Assembly: GCA_049276675.1 (NCBI GenBank)
Contig: JBASWW010000071.1
Coordinates: 28,819 to 92,818, forward strand
Source of the DNA: Fimbriimonadaceae bacterium
Lineage (GTDB): Bacteria; Armatimonadota; Fimbriimonadia; Fimbriimonadales; Fimbriimonadaceae
DNA length: 64,000 bases
Direction of reading: 5' to 3'
The position numbers and the translations under genes are program-made. Positions 36,778 to 46,990 of this stretch are shown here, piece by piece. Within the stretch, counting starts at the first letter, position 1, and each line of letters starts with the position of its first letter. The notes under the pieces are model-generated. The model did no database searches and was not told the origin of the DNA. It saw nothing but the letters and a program-made list of their open reading frames with translations.

Positions 36778-39597
36778 ATGAGATTTAGCATCGTCAGGAA
36801 TACTTCTATGAAATCTGCACTTTTCAGAGCCCTTGGGGTAGTTGGATGCGCCGGCGCTACGGCCACGGTCGCGCTTGGCCAGGGCTGGTCCGATGGATGG
36901 TGTCATCCCGACGATCCGCTCCCGCCCCCTCCCGCGTATAGTATCGATTTCGGAGCAAATGTGATCGGCAACGATCTGCTCCTCGCAAGTTTGGGCATCA
37001 GGGGCACGGTCACTTGGGGAAGCCAGGACGGGCCCTGCTACGATCCCGCAGTCACGATGAACGCAAGAGGCCGCCTCGGCTTTCTTTCGGGAATTGATGG
37101 CTCGATCCAGTCCAACTTTGATGACCTGCTCGCGTATGTGACGGGTGCGCTATTTGATGTTTCTGGCGCGATGTCCTATGCGACGAGCACTCGCGACGGG
37201 ACACGAACCCTGTACGGTGCGAATGGCTGGAATTTGGCTTTCGTGGGTGAGAGCGATCGCTATTTGGTTGGTGAAACCACCAACGACAACACCTATGTTG
37301 CGCTGCGAATGGATGTGGTGGGCGATGCCGCTCGCCTGCGATGGCGGCTGACGAATCTAGGAACAGAAACCGCCGCGCTGGGCTTGTGGTACGGCGCTTG
37401 GACCGGGATGGTCGGGCAGTTCTCTGATGCCACTGGCGAGCGGTTCTCCGGAGCACGCAGCATTGCTGGTGGCAAGAATGGCTATGTCTATCCGCGCAAT
37501 GGCGAGAAGCCTGTAAGGACGGACCAGCGATACATTCGGGCTCTCGACGTGAACCGATTCCCGCCAGTGGTGGATTTCATGTTCGGCCAGACCACCGCAT
37601 ATGGATTGCGCGTTGAAACCGGGGCCACGGTCGCTACGACCGACTCCAATGGGCAGAGTGACGCTACGGAGGCCAGCGAATTCGCTCTTGGCAACAATAT
37701 CTTTATGCTGGGGCCACAGGGCGACCAGACATTCCCCGACTTCACGGTCGAGGACCTGTTCTTCCTTGACGATCCCGCCTTCATCCTAAAGTTTGCGGAG
37801 GTTAACACCGCACCCCAGGGTACGCGTGAGATCATTCACTGGATGCGAAGCACCTGGAGCGAAGGCAACTATGCCAAGCCCTACGCGGTGATTCTCGATG
37901 CGCCCAAGCTTCTCAGTGTCGACAACCAAGGAGCCAATGGACTCACCCCGAATCCGTTCACGATCCGCGTTTACGTCGACAATATCCGCGCCTATACGAC
38001 CGTCAATGAGGAGATTCCTCTTCAGGACACCAAGGTAAAGATTATCTTGCCGACCGGACTGACGCTCGAGCCGGGCGAAACCGCTGAGCGGCTGATTGGT
38101 ACCGTGCCGCCGTATGAGATTCGATCAGTCGATTACCGTGTGCGGGCAGATGGCGAGCAATTTGGCGCCCTTGCCTATCGCATCACCGTAGACTCGCTTT
38201 CGGTGCCGAACAATCCGCCGTTCACGCCCGAGAAGGTTATGACGGGCACCATCCAGGTCTCGGCGACACCAAAGCTTCGGATTGCACAGGGCGCAAATCT
38301 GATAACCACCCCCTGGATTTATGGCGATACGTCGTGGGAAACCATCTTGGCGATGCAGCAGCCCCAGGACTTCCAGGCATTCGACTGGAACGCGACCCAA
38401 CAGGGTTACGTGGTCTCGACCAGCGCACAGCGCGCGGTTGGAACGTGGATCATCGCTCCTGTGGACTATGGCTATCGACAGCTCGCCGGCAACCCGCAAG
38501 TTCCGGGCGATATTGCAAACGGCGCTCCGCTCACCCAGATCAAGCAAGGCTGGAACCTGATCGGCAATCCTTATCCTTACGCCTTCCCGCTTGGGCAGAT
38601 CGTGGGAATTTCAGGGGCGAACAATCAGGAGGCATTCCGGTGGGCCGAGCTCGTCCAGCTGGGCTTCATCGAAGGCTATCTCGCCTATTGGGATATCAAC
38701 ACCCAGTCCTATAAGTTCATTCAGGGCAACGACGCGCTGCTTCAGCCGAATACGGGCTACTGGATCTACTTGAACACGGTGCACGAGCTGACGATTTCTT
38801 GGCCGGCAATCTTCGAGCCGTTCCTTCCGGGATCGAACCGGGCGCGCTGGCAGCAATCGGACAGCCAGTGGCGAGTTCAGCTCGTCGCGAACAGCACAAG
38901 CTCGGTGGACGACTGGAACTATGTGGGGCAGGCAAAGGATGCGGCTTCCGCCAAGTCTCTTCGCACCCTCGATGCGCCGATGGGGCCGACCCAGATGGTA
39001 AACGTCACGATCGGCGGGCTGATTGACGGCAAGCCGGTGCGGCTAGCTCAGTCCATGCTCGATGCGAGAGGCCGGAAAGAGTGGTCGGTGTTCGTTGATG
39101 CGAAGGAGGCCGGTCCGGTGACCCTCACTTGGCCGAACGCAACCACGGTGCCGCGCGGCACTAGGCTGAAGCTCGTCGACATGACGAACAACCAGTCGCG
39201 CGACATGCGCCGAACCTCGGGATACACGTTTGTCATGCAGGAGCCAGGCGTTCGCGAGTTCAAGGTTCAGGTCGAGCCAGGCGGCTCATCCTCTGCCACG
39301 ATCACGAACATAGCGGTCGGCGGCGGCGGCAGAGCGCCCGGCAGCGGATTCACGATCAGCTACACCCTTTCAGGGCCGGCTACGACCACCGTTCGAGTGC
39401 TCTCGGGCGCTGGAAAGGAGGTCTACGTAGCGGCACGGGGACGAGCCGATTCGCAGGGCCAGAACCAGGTGACTTGGGGGACGCGCGACAGTGCGGGCCG
39501 CTCCGTGGCTCCTGGCGTTTATAAGATCGAGATCGTCGTTGAGACCGAAGACGGCCAGCTAGTGCGAAAGACGGTGCCCGTGAACGTCATTCGCTAA
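36778..39597 (+). CDS. Large hypothetical secreted protein with C-terminal FlgD Ig-like-type domain
   Basis: 939-aa ORF with a signal-like N-terminus (MKSALFRALGVVGCAGATATVALG). The last ~80 aa (FTISYTLSGPATTTVRVLSGAGKEVY...APGVYKIEIVVE) match the FlgD-Ig/FlgD_ig pattern. Confidence 0.6.
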   Translation: MRFSIVRNTSMKSALFRALGVVGCAGATATVALGQGWSDGWCHPDDPLPPPPAYSIDFGANVIGNDLLLASLGIRGTVTWGSQDGPCYDPAVTMNARGRLGFLSGIDGSIQSNFDDLLAYVTGALFDVSGAMSYATSTRDGTRTLYGANGWNLAFVGESDRYLVGETTNDNTYVALRMDVVGDAARLRWRLTNLGTETAALGLWYGAWTGMVGQFSDATGERFSGARSIAGGKNGYVYPRNGEKPVRTDQRYIRALDVNRFPPVVDFMFGQTTAYGLRVETGATVATTDSNGQSDATEASEFALGNNIFMLGPQGDQTFPDFTVEDLFFLDDPAFILKFAEVNTAPQGTREIIHWMRSTWSEGNYAKPYAVILDAPKLLSVDNQGANGLTPNPFTIRVYVDNIRAYTTVNEEIPLQDTKVKIILPTGLTLEPGETAERLIGTVPPYEIRSVDYRVRADGEQFGALAYRITVDSLSVPNNPPFTPEKVMTGTIQVSATPKLRIAQGANLITTPWIYGDTSWETILAMQQPQDFQAFDWNATQQGYVVSTSAQRAVGTWIIAPVDYGYRQLAGNPQVPGDIANGAPLTQIKQGWNLIGNPYPYAFPLGQIVGISGANNQEAFRWAELVQLGFIEGYLAYWDINTQSYKFIQGNDALLQPNTGYWIYLNTVHELTISWPAIFEPFLPGSNRARWQQSDSQWRVQLVANSTSSVDDWNYVGQAKDAASAKSLRTLDAPMGPTQMVNVTIGGLIDGKPVRLAQSMLDARGRKEWSVFVDAKEAGPVTLTWPNATTVPRGTRLKLVDMTNNQSRDMRRTSGYTFVMQEPGVREFKVQVEPGGSSSATITNIAVGGGGRAPGSGFTISYTLSGPATTTVRVLSGAGKEVYVAARGRADSQGQNQVTWGTRDSAGRSVAPGVYKIEIVVETEDGQLVRKTVPVNVIR

Positions 39598-39615
39598 AGA
39601 CGAGAATGGGTAGAT

Positions 39616-39650
39616 GTGTAAGGGCCGGCGAGAGCTGGCCTTTACACTTT
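39616..39650 (+). terminator. Hairpin terminator candidate after the 939-aa gene
   Basis: gtgtaagggccgg / ctggcctttacac, 13 bp including two G:U pairs, loop cgagag, then TTT. Confidence 0.55.
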
Positions 39651-39697
39651 AAGAACGCACGATGAGGAACGTTAGGGGCGTCTAAAAAGTAGGCTCC

Positions 39698-41698
39698 ATG
39701 AAACTAGTAAAGCTAATCGTTGGTTCGCTCTTTTTGGCTTGCTTGGGCTTCGCATTTTCGTCCTCAGGAACCTTGCGGCTCACCACATTTCCTTCCATGG
39801 CTGTCGCCGATGCGGGCAGCTCGGTCACCGTGACGGCCGAGGTTCGCGATTCGAATGGCAAGCCCGTCCCGGATGGCACGCAGGTCATCTTCGAGGCGAC
39901 TGCCGGTACTTTCCGAGAGAATGTCGTCGCGACCGCGAACGGCTTTGCCCGCGCTGTCTTTGTGCCGGGCAGCATTGCAGGGACGGCCAAGATCACCGCG
40001 AGCGCATTTGCTTTCAACGTGACCACGAGCGTGGAACTGGAGCTAGTCAGCGACCGCTCGCTTCTGTCCTCGGCCAACGAGTACATCGAAGTTGTGGCGC
40101 CCGACTATATGATGTATAGCATGGATCAGAGGATAATCGGCGCTGCCGGACCCCAAAAGGGCGTGAGCGTCCGGTACCGTGAAATCGAGATCGAAGCGGA
40201 CGATATTCAGATCAACGTCCAGACCTATGAGCTGCGGGCGCGCAAAGCGCGACTGCGGATGGGCACCGTCGAACGCGATTTCGAAGAGCTTTACTTCACC
40301 CTGAACCGCCGAAGAGGATTCGGCACAACCGCACATAACGTTCCGGAATTGACGATTGCGCCGCTAGGGACCGCGTTCCGCATGGTTGAAACTGGGGCGG
40401 AGCGTACTCGCTTCGGCATGGTCGCGATCAATTCAGGCGGAGTCCAGCCCTTCTATGATCAGCTTCCCTTGAACACATTCGAGTTCACGGATCTAACCGA
40501 CTCGACGACCATGATTGCCGCCAAGCGGGCAACCGCGTTCCCCAACAAAGAGATCCAATTCCAGAAAGTTGAGATCTATATGGGCGACGCGAAGGTTCTC
40601 AAGCTGCCGCTCTTTCAAGTTAATCTCATCGGTGGAACGCCCCTCCTTACCGATCAGATTCTGAATCTTGACAACAACCAGCTGTCGATCAATTACCCCC
40701 ACTATCTTTCGCTCAAACCCGGCCAGACGAGCCTATTGCGGTTCCGAACCGGTGAACGATACGGCCGTGGCTTCAACGTGAGCAGCGGCGCGTACTTGGA
40801 CTACGAGCTGAACTGGAATCGAGGCGATGACAGCCAGGGGAACCTTACCGTCAGCGGACTTGCGAGAAGCGACTGGAGCATCAGCGCCCGCCAATATAAC
40901 AAGATCGACAATCGCACGACTCTTTTCGCGCAGTCGCAGATAACCGCGCTGCGCACCCTCTACTCTTCAGGCAATATCAACAGGCAGATGGACGGCTATC
41001 AATTGAATTTGTCTGGCAGCGCCTCGAGAACATTGCGAGGGTTGCCCTACAACTCCGAGCAGTATTCGATGGTCGCCGAAAAAGATCCCACCAAGGTCGG
41101 CAGCCTGCCGCTCCGACTTTACTATGGAATGGTCGCGTCCCATAGCGGAACCCAATCCTCCACATTTTCGAGCACCCAGACGGCATATGGCCCGAGGGCA
41201 AGGATGCAATTACTTCCCCTCACGCTCGATCGGAACAGCTCGCTGAACGCCTCGCTATCCGTCAGCCATTTAAGCGGGCACAACACGAGCCGGGGCTTGA
41301 CCATTCACGGATCGACAAACCTGAGCTATCGGGCGTCCAAAGATGCATCGCTCCTGCTCACCTACGATTACATGGACGACAAGTACACCAACAGCTTTGG
41401 CGGCAAGCAGAGACTGAGCGCGCAAGGCTCCTACTATACGGGCAAGGTGAACCTGAACGTATTCGCCAGCAAGAGCCTGGACGCGCAACGTGCGACCTAC
41501 TTCGTCGACGCCACGTACAGATTCAGCAACGTCTGGCGCCTGGCATATAGCTATACATTCGACCAGTATCTGACCGAAAAGTTTGCGGACTACACTATTG
41601 GCCTGGTCTACACCTTCGGGTGGCGCGACTTTGGACTCATGTACAATGCCCGCACGAAGAGATTTGGGGTTCAGGTTCTTGGCGCTTCGTTTAACTAG
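39698..41698 (+). CDS. Hypothetical outer-membrane-type protein: signal peptide, Big_1 (invasin/intimin-like Ig) domain, long beta-rich C-terminal region
   Basis: AGSSVTVTAEVRDSNGKPVPDGTQVIFEATAGTF is a Big_1-type pattern. The C-terminal ~450 aa have alternating beta-strand-like composition ending ...RFGVQVLGASFN, an aromatic residue near the terminus as in beta-barrels. Confidence 0.55.
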   Translation: MKLVKLIVGSLFLACLGFAFSSSGTLRLTTFPSMAVADAGSSVTVTAEVRDSNGKPVPDGTQVIFEATAGTFRENVVATANGFARAVFVPGSIAGTAKITASAFAFNVTTSVELELVSDRSLLSSANEYIEVVAPDYMMYSMDQRIIGAAGPQKGVSVRYREIEIEADDIQINVQTYELRARKARLRMGTVERDFEELYFTLNRRRGFGTTAHNVPELTIAPLGTAFRMVETGAERTRFGMVAINSGGVQPFYDQLPLNTFEFTDLTDSTTMIAAKRATAFPNKEIQFQKVEIYMGDAKVLKLPLFQVNLIGGTPLLTDQILNLDNNQLSINYPHYLSLKPGQTSLLRFRTGERYGRGFNVSSGAYLDYELNWNRGDDSQGNLTVSGLARSDWSISARQYNKIDNRTTLFAQSQITALRTLYSSGNINRQMDGYQLNLSGSASRTLRGLPYNSEQYSMVAEKDPTKVGSLPLRLYYGMVASHSGTQSSTFSSTQTAYGPRARMQLLPLTLDRNSSLNASLSVSHLSGHNTSRGLTIHGSTNLSYRASKDASLLLTYDYMDDKYTNSFGGKQRLSAQGSYYTGKVNLNVFASKSLDAQRATYFVDATYRFSNVWRLAYSYTFDQYLTEKFADYTIGLVYTFGWRDFGLMYNARTKRFGVQVLGASFN

Positions 41699-43466
41699 CA
41701 TCCTGCTTGCGCTTCTTTGCGGCGCGATTGCGCGTCCCGATGCGTTCGGACGATTTGGTTATGGGGGCCTGCCTGTTCCGGGCTTCCTCGTGAACAAGGA
41801 AGGCTTTAAAGCCAGCTATCCCGGCGCCGATACATTCCGGTTTCCGAGGGCTGCCGATAAATGGAAGCCCGTGGCAACGAGCGATCTCAGCCAAACGATC
41901 TTTGTGAGCGACGAGCCAGGGTTCCCCCAAAAGCTTCGCGTTGACCTGCTGTCACAGGGATTTTCGCTCTATCTCACCAGCGACACTGTCTTGGAGCTGA
42001 ATTCGGGATCGAGCCCAATTCTCACTTGGGTAGAGGGGAGCGTAGAAAGCGGCGTGATGACGCCGGCCTCAAATTGGCTGGCAATCAGCTTTAGAGATTC
42101 CCAGCCCCCTGTTCTCTTGGCGTTTCTGGATGGACCAGGTAGCGCGATCATCGAGGGTCAGGTGGGTGCGTGGCGGCTCCGACTCAGCTACAAGGGCTGG
42201 ATTCGAATCACCCTGCCATTCGGTCTAAAGGCAATGCCGACGAACACCGCCGGCGATCTAGGCAGTTTAGTCCAGCAGGCGAAGAAGCAGATAGAGGCTT
42301 GGACGCAGATCCCTCCACTTCTGCTTGGGGTCGAGATTGCAGAGGACCCTGCGGGCCTCACGGCTACATGGAAATTTGACAAACCGGGTGCACTGATTCC
42401 GCCGGCAGCCATCCTGAGTGCGTTAGGGGGCTATGGGCTCAAGATTCTCAGCCCGTCGCGGCGCGTGTTTGATGACCTCGAGGGTCTGGGGCCTCTGTGG
42501 ATCTGCGAGACGGCCGATCTAAAGGTGCGATTTCCAATCAAGCGATTGCCAACCGGACGAGCCCTCATCAATGGCGAAGAACTGCCGCTGCCGGCCAAGC
42601 CCTCGTCCGAAATCGCGGGCATCGTCGAAACGGCCTTCGGTAACCTCATCGCGTCTTCAAATGCGAGCCTGGCTCAGGGGGCGCAGGCGGCAATTGATGC
42701 TTTTCTGGCAGGAACCGCGTACGCGGTCGAGCCAGCCACTCAACAGCAGTTGCCTTACCAGCCCGACGGCGAGGGAATTGAGAGTGCCGCCGCCTATGCG
42801 CTTCTTATGCAATCGATTGGCACTGCGGAAAAGGGGACGTCCGATTCCAATTCGCTGCTCACATCGTTGACTTGGCGCAGGGACTGGCTGACCTGGAAGG
42901 TGTGGTCCACCGATCCGGTCAAATCGCGGCGGGCGACTGCGCTTGCCGCCGTTGCCGGAGCATTGTGCCCAGAGCCCCAGCGCAGACTCGAAGCCGCCAT
43001 GAGCGAAGCGGGACTGGCAGCTGATCGCGGACTTCTCATGTGGCGGGCCCGCATGACGCGCAAAGACGAGCGGACTGAGTTGATCGAGCCGCTCCTCGAA
43101 TTGCGTCGGGCGATATTCAGCTTTCAGCCGATCGTCGACCCCTATCTGACGGCTCTTTCGAGCGAGATGCGGTTGTACAGCCCCGTCGGGGTGCGAACGA
43201 AGGAAACACCGGAGGGCTTGGAACTCTCAATCGACGCCAGCGACACCGCCCAAAGGGTCTTGATCATGGCTTCCTCTGTGGCCATCGAGGTTAAACCCGG
43301 CGCAAATGTCGCATCGATCGGCCTATCCCAGGCCCTTGGCTTTGTTCTGATTCGGATCAAGCCGAGCCAAGCGGGCGCTGCCACCATCCTGGTCGCGCGC
43401 CAGCCGTGGCATACGCGACTCCCTCACCTCAATGCTTTGCCGCGCTATTCCGAGATCGTGAAGTGA
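41646..43466 (+). CDS. Hypothetical secreted protein
   Basis: Long ORF with a signal-like LTSILLALLCGAIA segment. The start is ambiguous (41583, 41646, or a TTG near 41676). No family recognised. Confidence 0.5.
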   Translation: MPARRDLGFRFLALRLTSILLALLCGAIARPDAFGRFGYGGLPVPGFLVNKEGFKASYPGADTFRFPRAADKWKPVATSDLSQTIFVSDEPGFPQKLRVDLLSQGFSLYLTSDTVLELNSGSSPILTWVEGSVESGVMTPASNWLAISFRDSQPPVLLAFLDGPGSAIIEGQVGAWRLRLSYKGWIRITLPFGLKAMPTNTAGDLGSLVQQAKKQIEAWTQIPPLLLGVEIAEDPAGLTATWKFDKPGALIPPAAILSALGGYGLKILSPSRRVFDDLEGLGPLWICETADLKVRFPIKRLPTGRALINGEELPLPAKPSSEIAGIVETAFGNLIASSNASLAQGAQAAIDAFLAGTAYAVEPATQQQLPYQPDGEGIESAAAYALLMQSIGTAEKGTSDSNSLLTSLTWRRDWLTWKVWSTDPVKSRRATALAAVAGALCPEPQRRLEAAMSEAGLAADRGLLMWRARMTRKDERTELIEPLLELRRAIFSFQPIVDPYLTALSSEMRLYSPVGVRTKETPEGLELSIDASDTAQRVLIMASSVAIEVKPGANVASIGLSQALGFVLIRIKPSQAGAATILVARQPWHTRLPHLNALPRYSEIVK

Positions 43467-44961
43467 CAAGATCGGAATTGTAGTGGAGGCCCACGTTCGC
43501 TTTTCTCTCCTGCGCGCCCTCGACAATCAGTGCTGCAACCGTCAGCAGGTTGCGAGTTTCCAAGCTGTACGCGGAGAACGGGGCGGCGGGAAGAGAATTG
43601 AACTCCGCTCGAAGCTCAGCAATCTGCTCCCGAGCGTACGCGAGGCCGTCGAAGGTCCGCACGATTCCCGCATGGTCGGTCATGGTCTTTTGAAGGGCGC
43701 GACGGATCCTTATCGCAGAGTTTTCCGCGATGGACGCAGGCAGTTCTGGCTGCAAAAGCTTCTCCTGGGGGCCGGAGGGCGAGTTCGCGGCATGTTTTGC
43801 GGCGGCGGTTCCAAAAACGACCGCTTCAAGAAGGCTATTGCTGGCAAGCCTATTTGCGCCATGAACGCCGCTTGAAGCCACTTCACCCACCGCGTAGAGT
43901 CCGGAAATCGAGGTTTTGCCTGCGAGGTCGGTGGCGATCCCGCCGCAGGAATAGTGCTGCGCGGGTACCACGGGGATCCACTGCTTATGGAGTTCGACCC
44001 CGATCGAGGCAAGCGTGTCATAGATAGTCGGGAACTCCTCTTGGAGCTGAGCGCGAGGCAAGTGGGCCGCATCGAGATAAACGCACCAGGTCCCGAGCCG
44101 TTTGATTTCGGTGTCTATAGCGCGCGCTACAATGTCTCGCGGTGCGAGCTCCAGCGCGGAGTTGTAGCCGTACATGAAGCGCTCGCCCAGGTGATTTCTC
44201 AATGTTGCGCCTGCCCCACGCACAGCTTCTGAGATCAAAAAGCTCCTGAATTGCGGATGATAGAGCGTCGTCGGGTGGAACTGCATAAACTCCATGTCCC
44301 GAATTTCCGCACCTATTTCGGTGGCAAGGCACAGTCCGTCGCCGGTGGCTACTGATGGATTGGTCGTATGCTGGTAAACCTTTCCGCAACCTCCTGTAGC
44401 GATCGCTATAGCACGCGACTCGAAAATGCGACCACCGACTCCCTCTATCATGGCGGCCGTTCCCCAATAGCGACTGCCCCGAACCAGCCGATAGACGAAC
44501 GCATGGTCATGGATCGTGATCGCTGGATTTGCCTTTACCGCCTTGACAACCGCCCTCTCTATCTCAGCTCCCGTCCGGTCGCTCGCATGAACGATTCGAT
44601 TGCGACTGTGGCCACCCTCTCTGCCAAGAGCCAGGCCCCGGACGTCGGGGGATCGGTCGAAGCGCGCACCGAGGGATTCGAGCCAGGCGATGGCATCCGG
44701 AGCCTGCTGGACTAGAAACCGCACCGCCGCAGGATCGGATAGTCCCGCGCCAGCAGCCAAGGTATCCGCTTCATGGAGCTGCCACGAATCTGCCTCGCCA
44801 ACCGCGGCCGCGATGCCTCCCTGGGCATAGTTAGTGTTGGATTCGGACACGTCGGCTTTCGTGATCACGGCCACCGTTCCATGCTCGGCGGCTTTTAGGG
44901 CAAATGTGAGCCCGGCGAGCCCGCTCCCCACCACAACGAAGTCAAACCTTGCTGAGTTCAA
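43429..44961 (-). CDS. nadB: L-aspartate oxidase
   Basis: FDFVVVGSGLAGL FAD motif, YAQGGIAA, and the HPTTLY and HGANRLASNSLLE motifs. Confidence 0.92.
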   Translation of the reverse strand: MNSARFDFVVVGSGLAGLTFALKAAEHGTVAVITKADVSESNTNYAQGGIAAAVGEADSWQLHEADTLAAGAGLSDPAAVRFLVQQAPDAIAWLESLGARFDRSPDVRGLALGREGGHSRNRIVHASDRTGAEIERAVVKAVKANPAITIHDHAFVYRLVRGSRYWGTAAMIEGVGGRIFESRAIAIATGGCGKVYQHTTNPSVATGDGLCLATEIGAEIRDMEFMQFHPTTLYHPQFRSFLISEAVRGAGATLRNHLGERFMYGYNSALELAPRDIVARAIDTEIKRLGTWCVYLDAAHLPRAQLQEEFPTIYDTLASIGVELHKQWIPVVPAQHYSCGGIATDLAGKTSISGLYAVGEVASSGVHGANRLASNSLLEAVVFGTAAAKHAANSPSGPQEKLLQPELPASIAENSAIRIRRALQKTMTDHAGIVRTFDGLAYAREQIAELRAEFNSLPAAPFSAYSLETRNLLTVAALIVEGAQERKANVGLHYNSDLVTSRSRNSAAKH

Positions 44962-45085
44962 TTAACACCTTGTTTGTAAAGAACGTACCATCTATCGAAT
45001 TGCGTCCCCCTAAGGGATTGCAAAGAACCGCCGAAACGTAGGATAAGGACGGTAGTCAATCATAGTGCATAGCCGCAAACGAAGA

Positions 45086-45667
45086 ATGAAGCTGCTTAAC
45101 CGGGCATTGGGCGCGACTGTCATCGCGCTGGCTGGCGCATGGGCTTTCGCGATGAGCGAAGGGCCAGGCACCGAGGCGCATCTTCCGTCGCAGGCGGCGG
45201 CCGATGTCTTGCGCGAGCAGACGGGGGCGGATGGCGCATTCTTGGCGGCCGGCCTTGTAAGGGAGTCCTATAAGAGCGATAACCTGGCGAGCCTGATTCA
45301 GTATCCGACCGATGAGGTTGTGCTGGTTCAGCTTAAGGGATCGCAGATTCGGCAGGCATTCGAGCGGTCCGTTTCGCTCTATCCTCAGCCGAATTCGAGC
45401 TTCCTTCAGATCTCCGGCTTTGAAGTAACCTTCTCCAAGTCCGCTGCCGCCGGGCAGCGCATTATGAGCGTCATGGCAGGCTCGGCGAGGCTCGACGACG
45501 AGAAACAATACGTCGTCGCCATGCCGAACACACTTGGCCGTGGCGGCCTCGGGTACTTCAAAATATGGGACAAATCGAAGATCGTAAAAACCTCGCCCCT
45601 AACGGTAGAAGGCATGCTCAAGGGCAAAAAGTTCGCCGAAACATCACCACGCTGGTCGGCGCTTTAG
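45086..45667 (+). CDS. 5'-nucleotidase C-terminal domain-like secreted protein
   Basis: Signal peptide MKLLNRALGATVIALAGAWA. The pattern of the UshA-type C-terminal substrate-binding domain is present (LQISGFEVTF...GQRIMSV..., YVVAMPNTLGRGG). Confidence 0.6.
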   Translation: MKLLNRALGATVIALAGAWAFAMSEGPGTEAHLPSQAAADVLREQTGADGAFLAAGLVRESYKSDNLASLIQYPTDEVVLVQLKGSQIRQAFERSVSLYPQPNSSFLQISGFEVTFSKSAAAGQRIMSVMAGSARLDDEKQYVVAMPNTLGRGGLGYFKIWDKSKIVKTSPLTVEGMLKGKKFAETSPRWSAL

Positions 45668-46590
45668 TAGCTGGGCTGATCCTCGCCGCGTGTATCCCAC
45701 TAAGGGCGGCCCATGGCAGCGGGCAAGCCGCGAAGGTCCCACCCAAGCTTCAATTCGACCAGAAGAACGCATGGGCGCACCTTGTCAAGCAGTGCGATTT
45801 CGGCCCAAGGGTTCCGGGCACAGACGCGCACATAAAGACACGAGATTGGATCGCCGACGAAATGCGCAAGAACACGCAGAACGTCCGCCTGCAGGAGTTC
45901 TCGCACAAGTGGTCCAAGACCGGCAAAGAAGTGAAGATGTGGAATATCATCGGCGAGCAGAATTGGGGCAAGGGTAAAAAGAATATCGTTTTGCTGGCGC
46001 ATTGGGACTCGAGGCCTTATGCAAATGAGGATCCCAATCCGGCGAATCGGTCCAAGCCGGTGCTCGGCGCGAATGACGGCGCAAGCGGAGTCGCCGTCCT
46101 CTTGGAGCTCATGCGCGTCATGAAGGATCGCAACCCCGATCTCGGCATTCTGTATCTGATGACCGACGGAGAAGACCTTGGACCGGAAACCGACGAGATG
46201 TTTCTCGGCGCCGTCCATTTTGCAAAAAACCTCCCTACGCCGAAGCCTGATTACGGCATCCTGCTCGACATGGTTGGCAGCAAGAACGCCCGGATCGCCA
46301 TTGAGATGAACGGGTTCGCCTCCATGCCGGAGCGGGTGCGAGCATTTTATCGTGCCGCTCAGCTTGGCGGTTTTGGAAGGACATTCCCCAACGAATACGG
46401 CCAGAGTATTTCCGATGACCATCTGGCTCTTATCGGAGCCGGCATTCCAACGATGGACCTCATTGACTTCGAGAATCTAGGCAACTGGCATACGATCACC
46501 GACACTCCCGAGAACTCCTCGGCAGATTCGCTCGGGCAAGTGGGCAAGGCGGTCGAAAGCTGGCTGATTTCGCCGGCCGCGATTAAGTAG
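45565..46590 (+). CDS. M28 family peptidase (glutaminyl-cyclase-like)
   Basis: HWDSRPYA, GANDGASGVAVLLEL and LMTDGEDLG metal-ligand motifs. The start is uncertain because ATG 45565 overlaps the upstream gene by 103 nt. Confidence 0.75.
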   Translation: MGQIEDRKNLAPNGRRHAQGQKVRRNITTLVGALVAGLILAACIPLRAAHGSGQAAKVPPKLQFDQKNAWAHLVKQCDFGPRVPGTDAHIKTRDWIADEMRKNTQNVRLQEFSHKWSKTGKEVKMWNIIGEQNWGKGKKNIVLLAHWDSRPYANEDPNPANRSKPVLGANDGASGVAVLLELMRVMKDRNPDLGILYLMTDGEDLGPETDEMFLGAVHFAKNLPTPKPDYGILLDMVGSKNARIAIEMNGFASMPERVRAFYRAAQLGGFGRTFPNEYGQSISDDHLALIGAGIPTMDLIDFENLGNWHTITDTPENSSADSLGQVGKAVESWLISPAAIK

Positions 46591-46990
46591 CCTTGGTGAT
46601 GGATATCCGGCGGCCCGGTCCCTCAAACTCAATCACCACATGCCGGGCCTGCGAAGTTTCGATGAGGCCGACTGCGCGCTCGGGCCATTCGATCAGGCAA
46701 AGATGGGTCTCCAGATAATCTTCGAGGCCAATGCCCGCATGGGAAGCCACCCGGTACAGGTCCGCATGCATTACGGGAGGGTCGGTGTCGAAAACCTGGA
46801 CCAAATTGAAAGTGGGAGATCGCACCGCATCTCGGACGCCAAGTTCCTCCAGCATGCCGCGAACGAGCGTGGTCTTGCCCGCGCCCAGCTCACCGTGCAG
46901 GAACACCACTTCGCCTACACGAAGGCCTCGGACGAACTCCGCGCCGATTGCTCTCGTGGCCGCCTCGTCGGCAGCGTAGGTGCCTTTCAA
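46583..46990 (-). CDS. tsaE: tRNA threonylcarbamoyladenosine biosynthesis ATPase TsaE
   Basis: LHGELGAGKTTLVRGM P-loop and SPTFNLV motif. A TTG start at 46990 overlaps the stop of the upstream small ORF (TTGA). The long N-terminal extension in the ORF track is not TsaE-like. Confidence 0.8.
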   Translation of the reverse strand: MKGTYAADEAATRAIGAEFVRGLRVGEVVFLHGELGAGKTTLVRGMLEELGVRDAVRSPTFNLVQVFDTDPPVMHADLYRVASHAGIGLEDYLETHLCLIEWPERAVGLIETSQARHVVIEFEGPGRRISITKAT

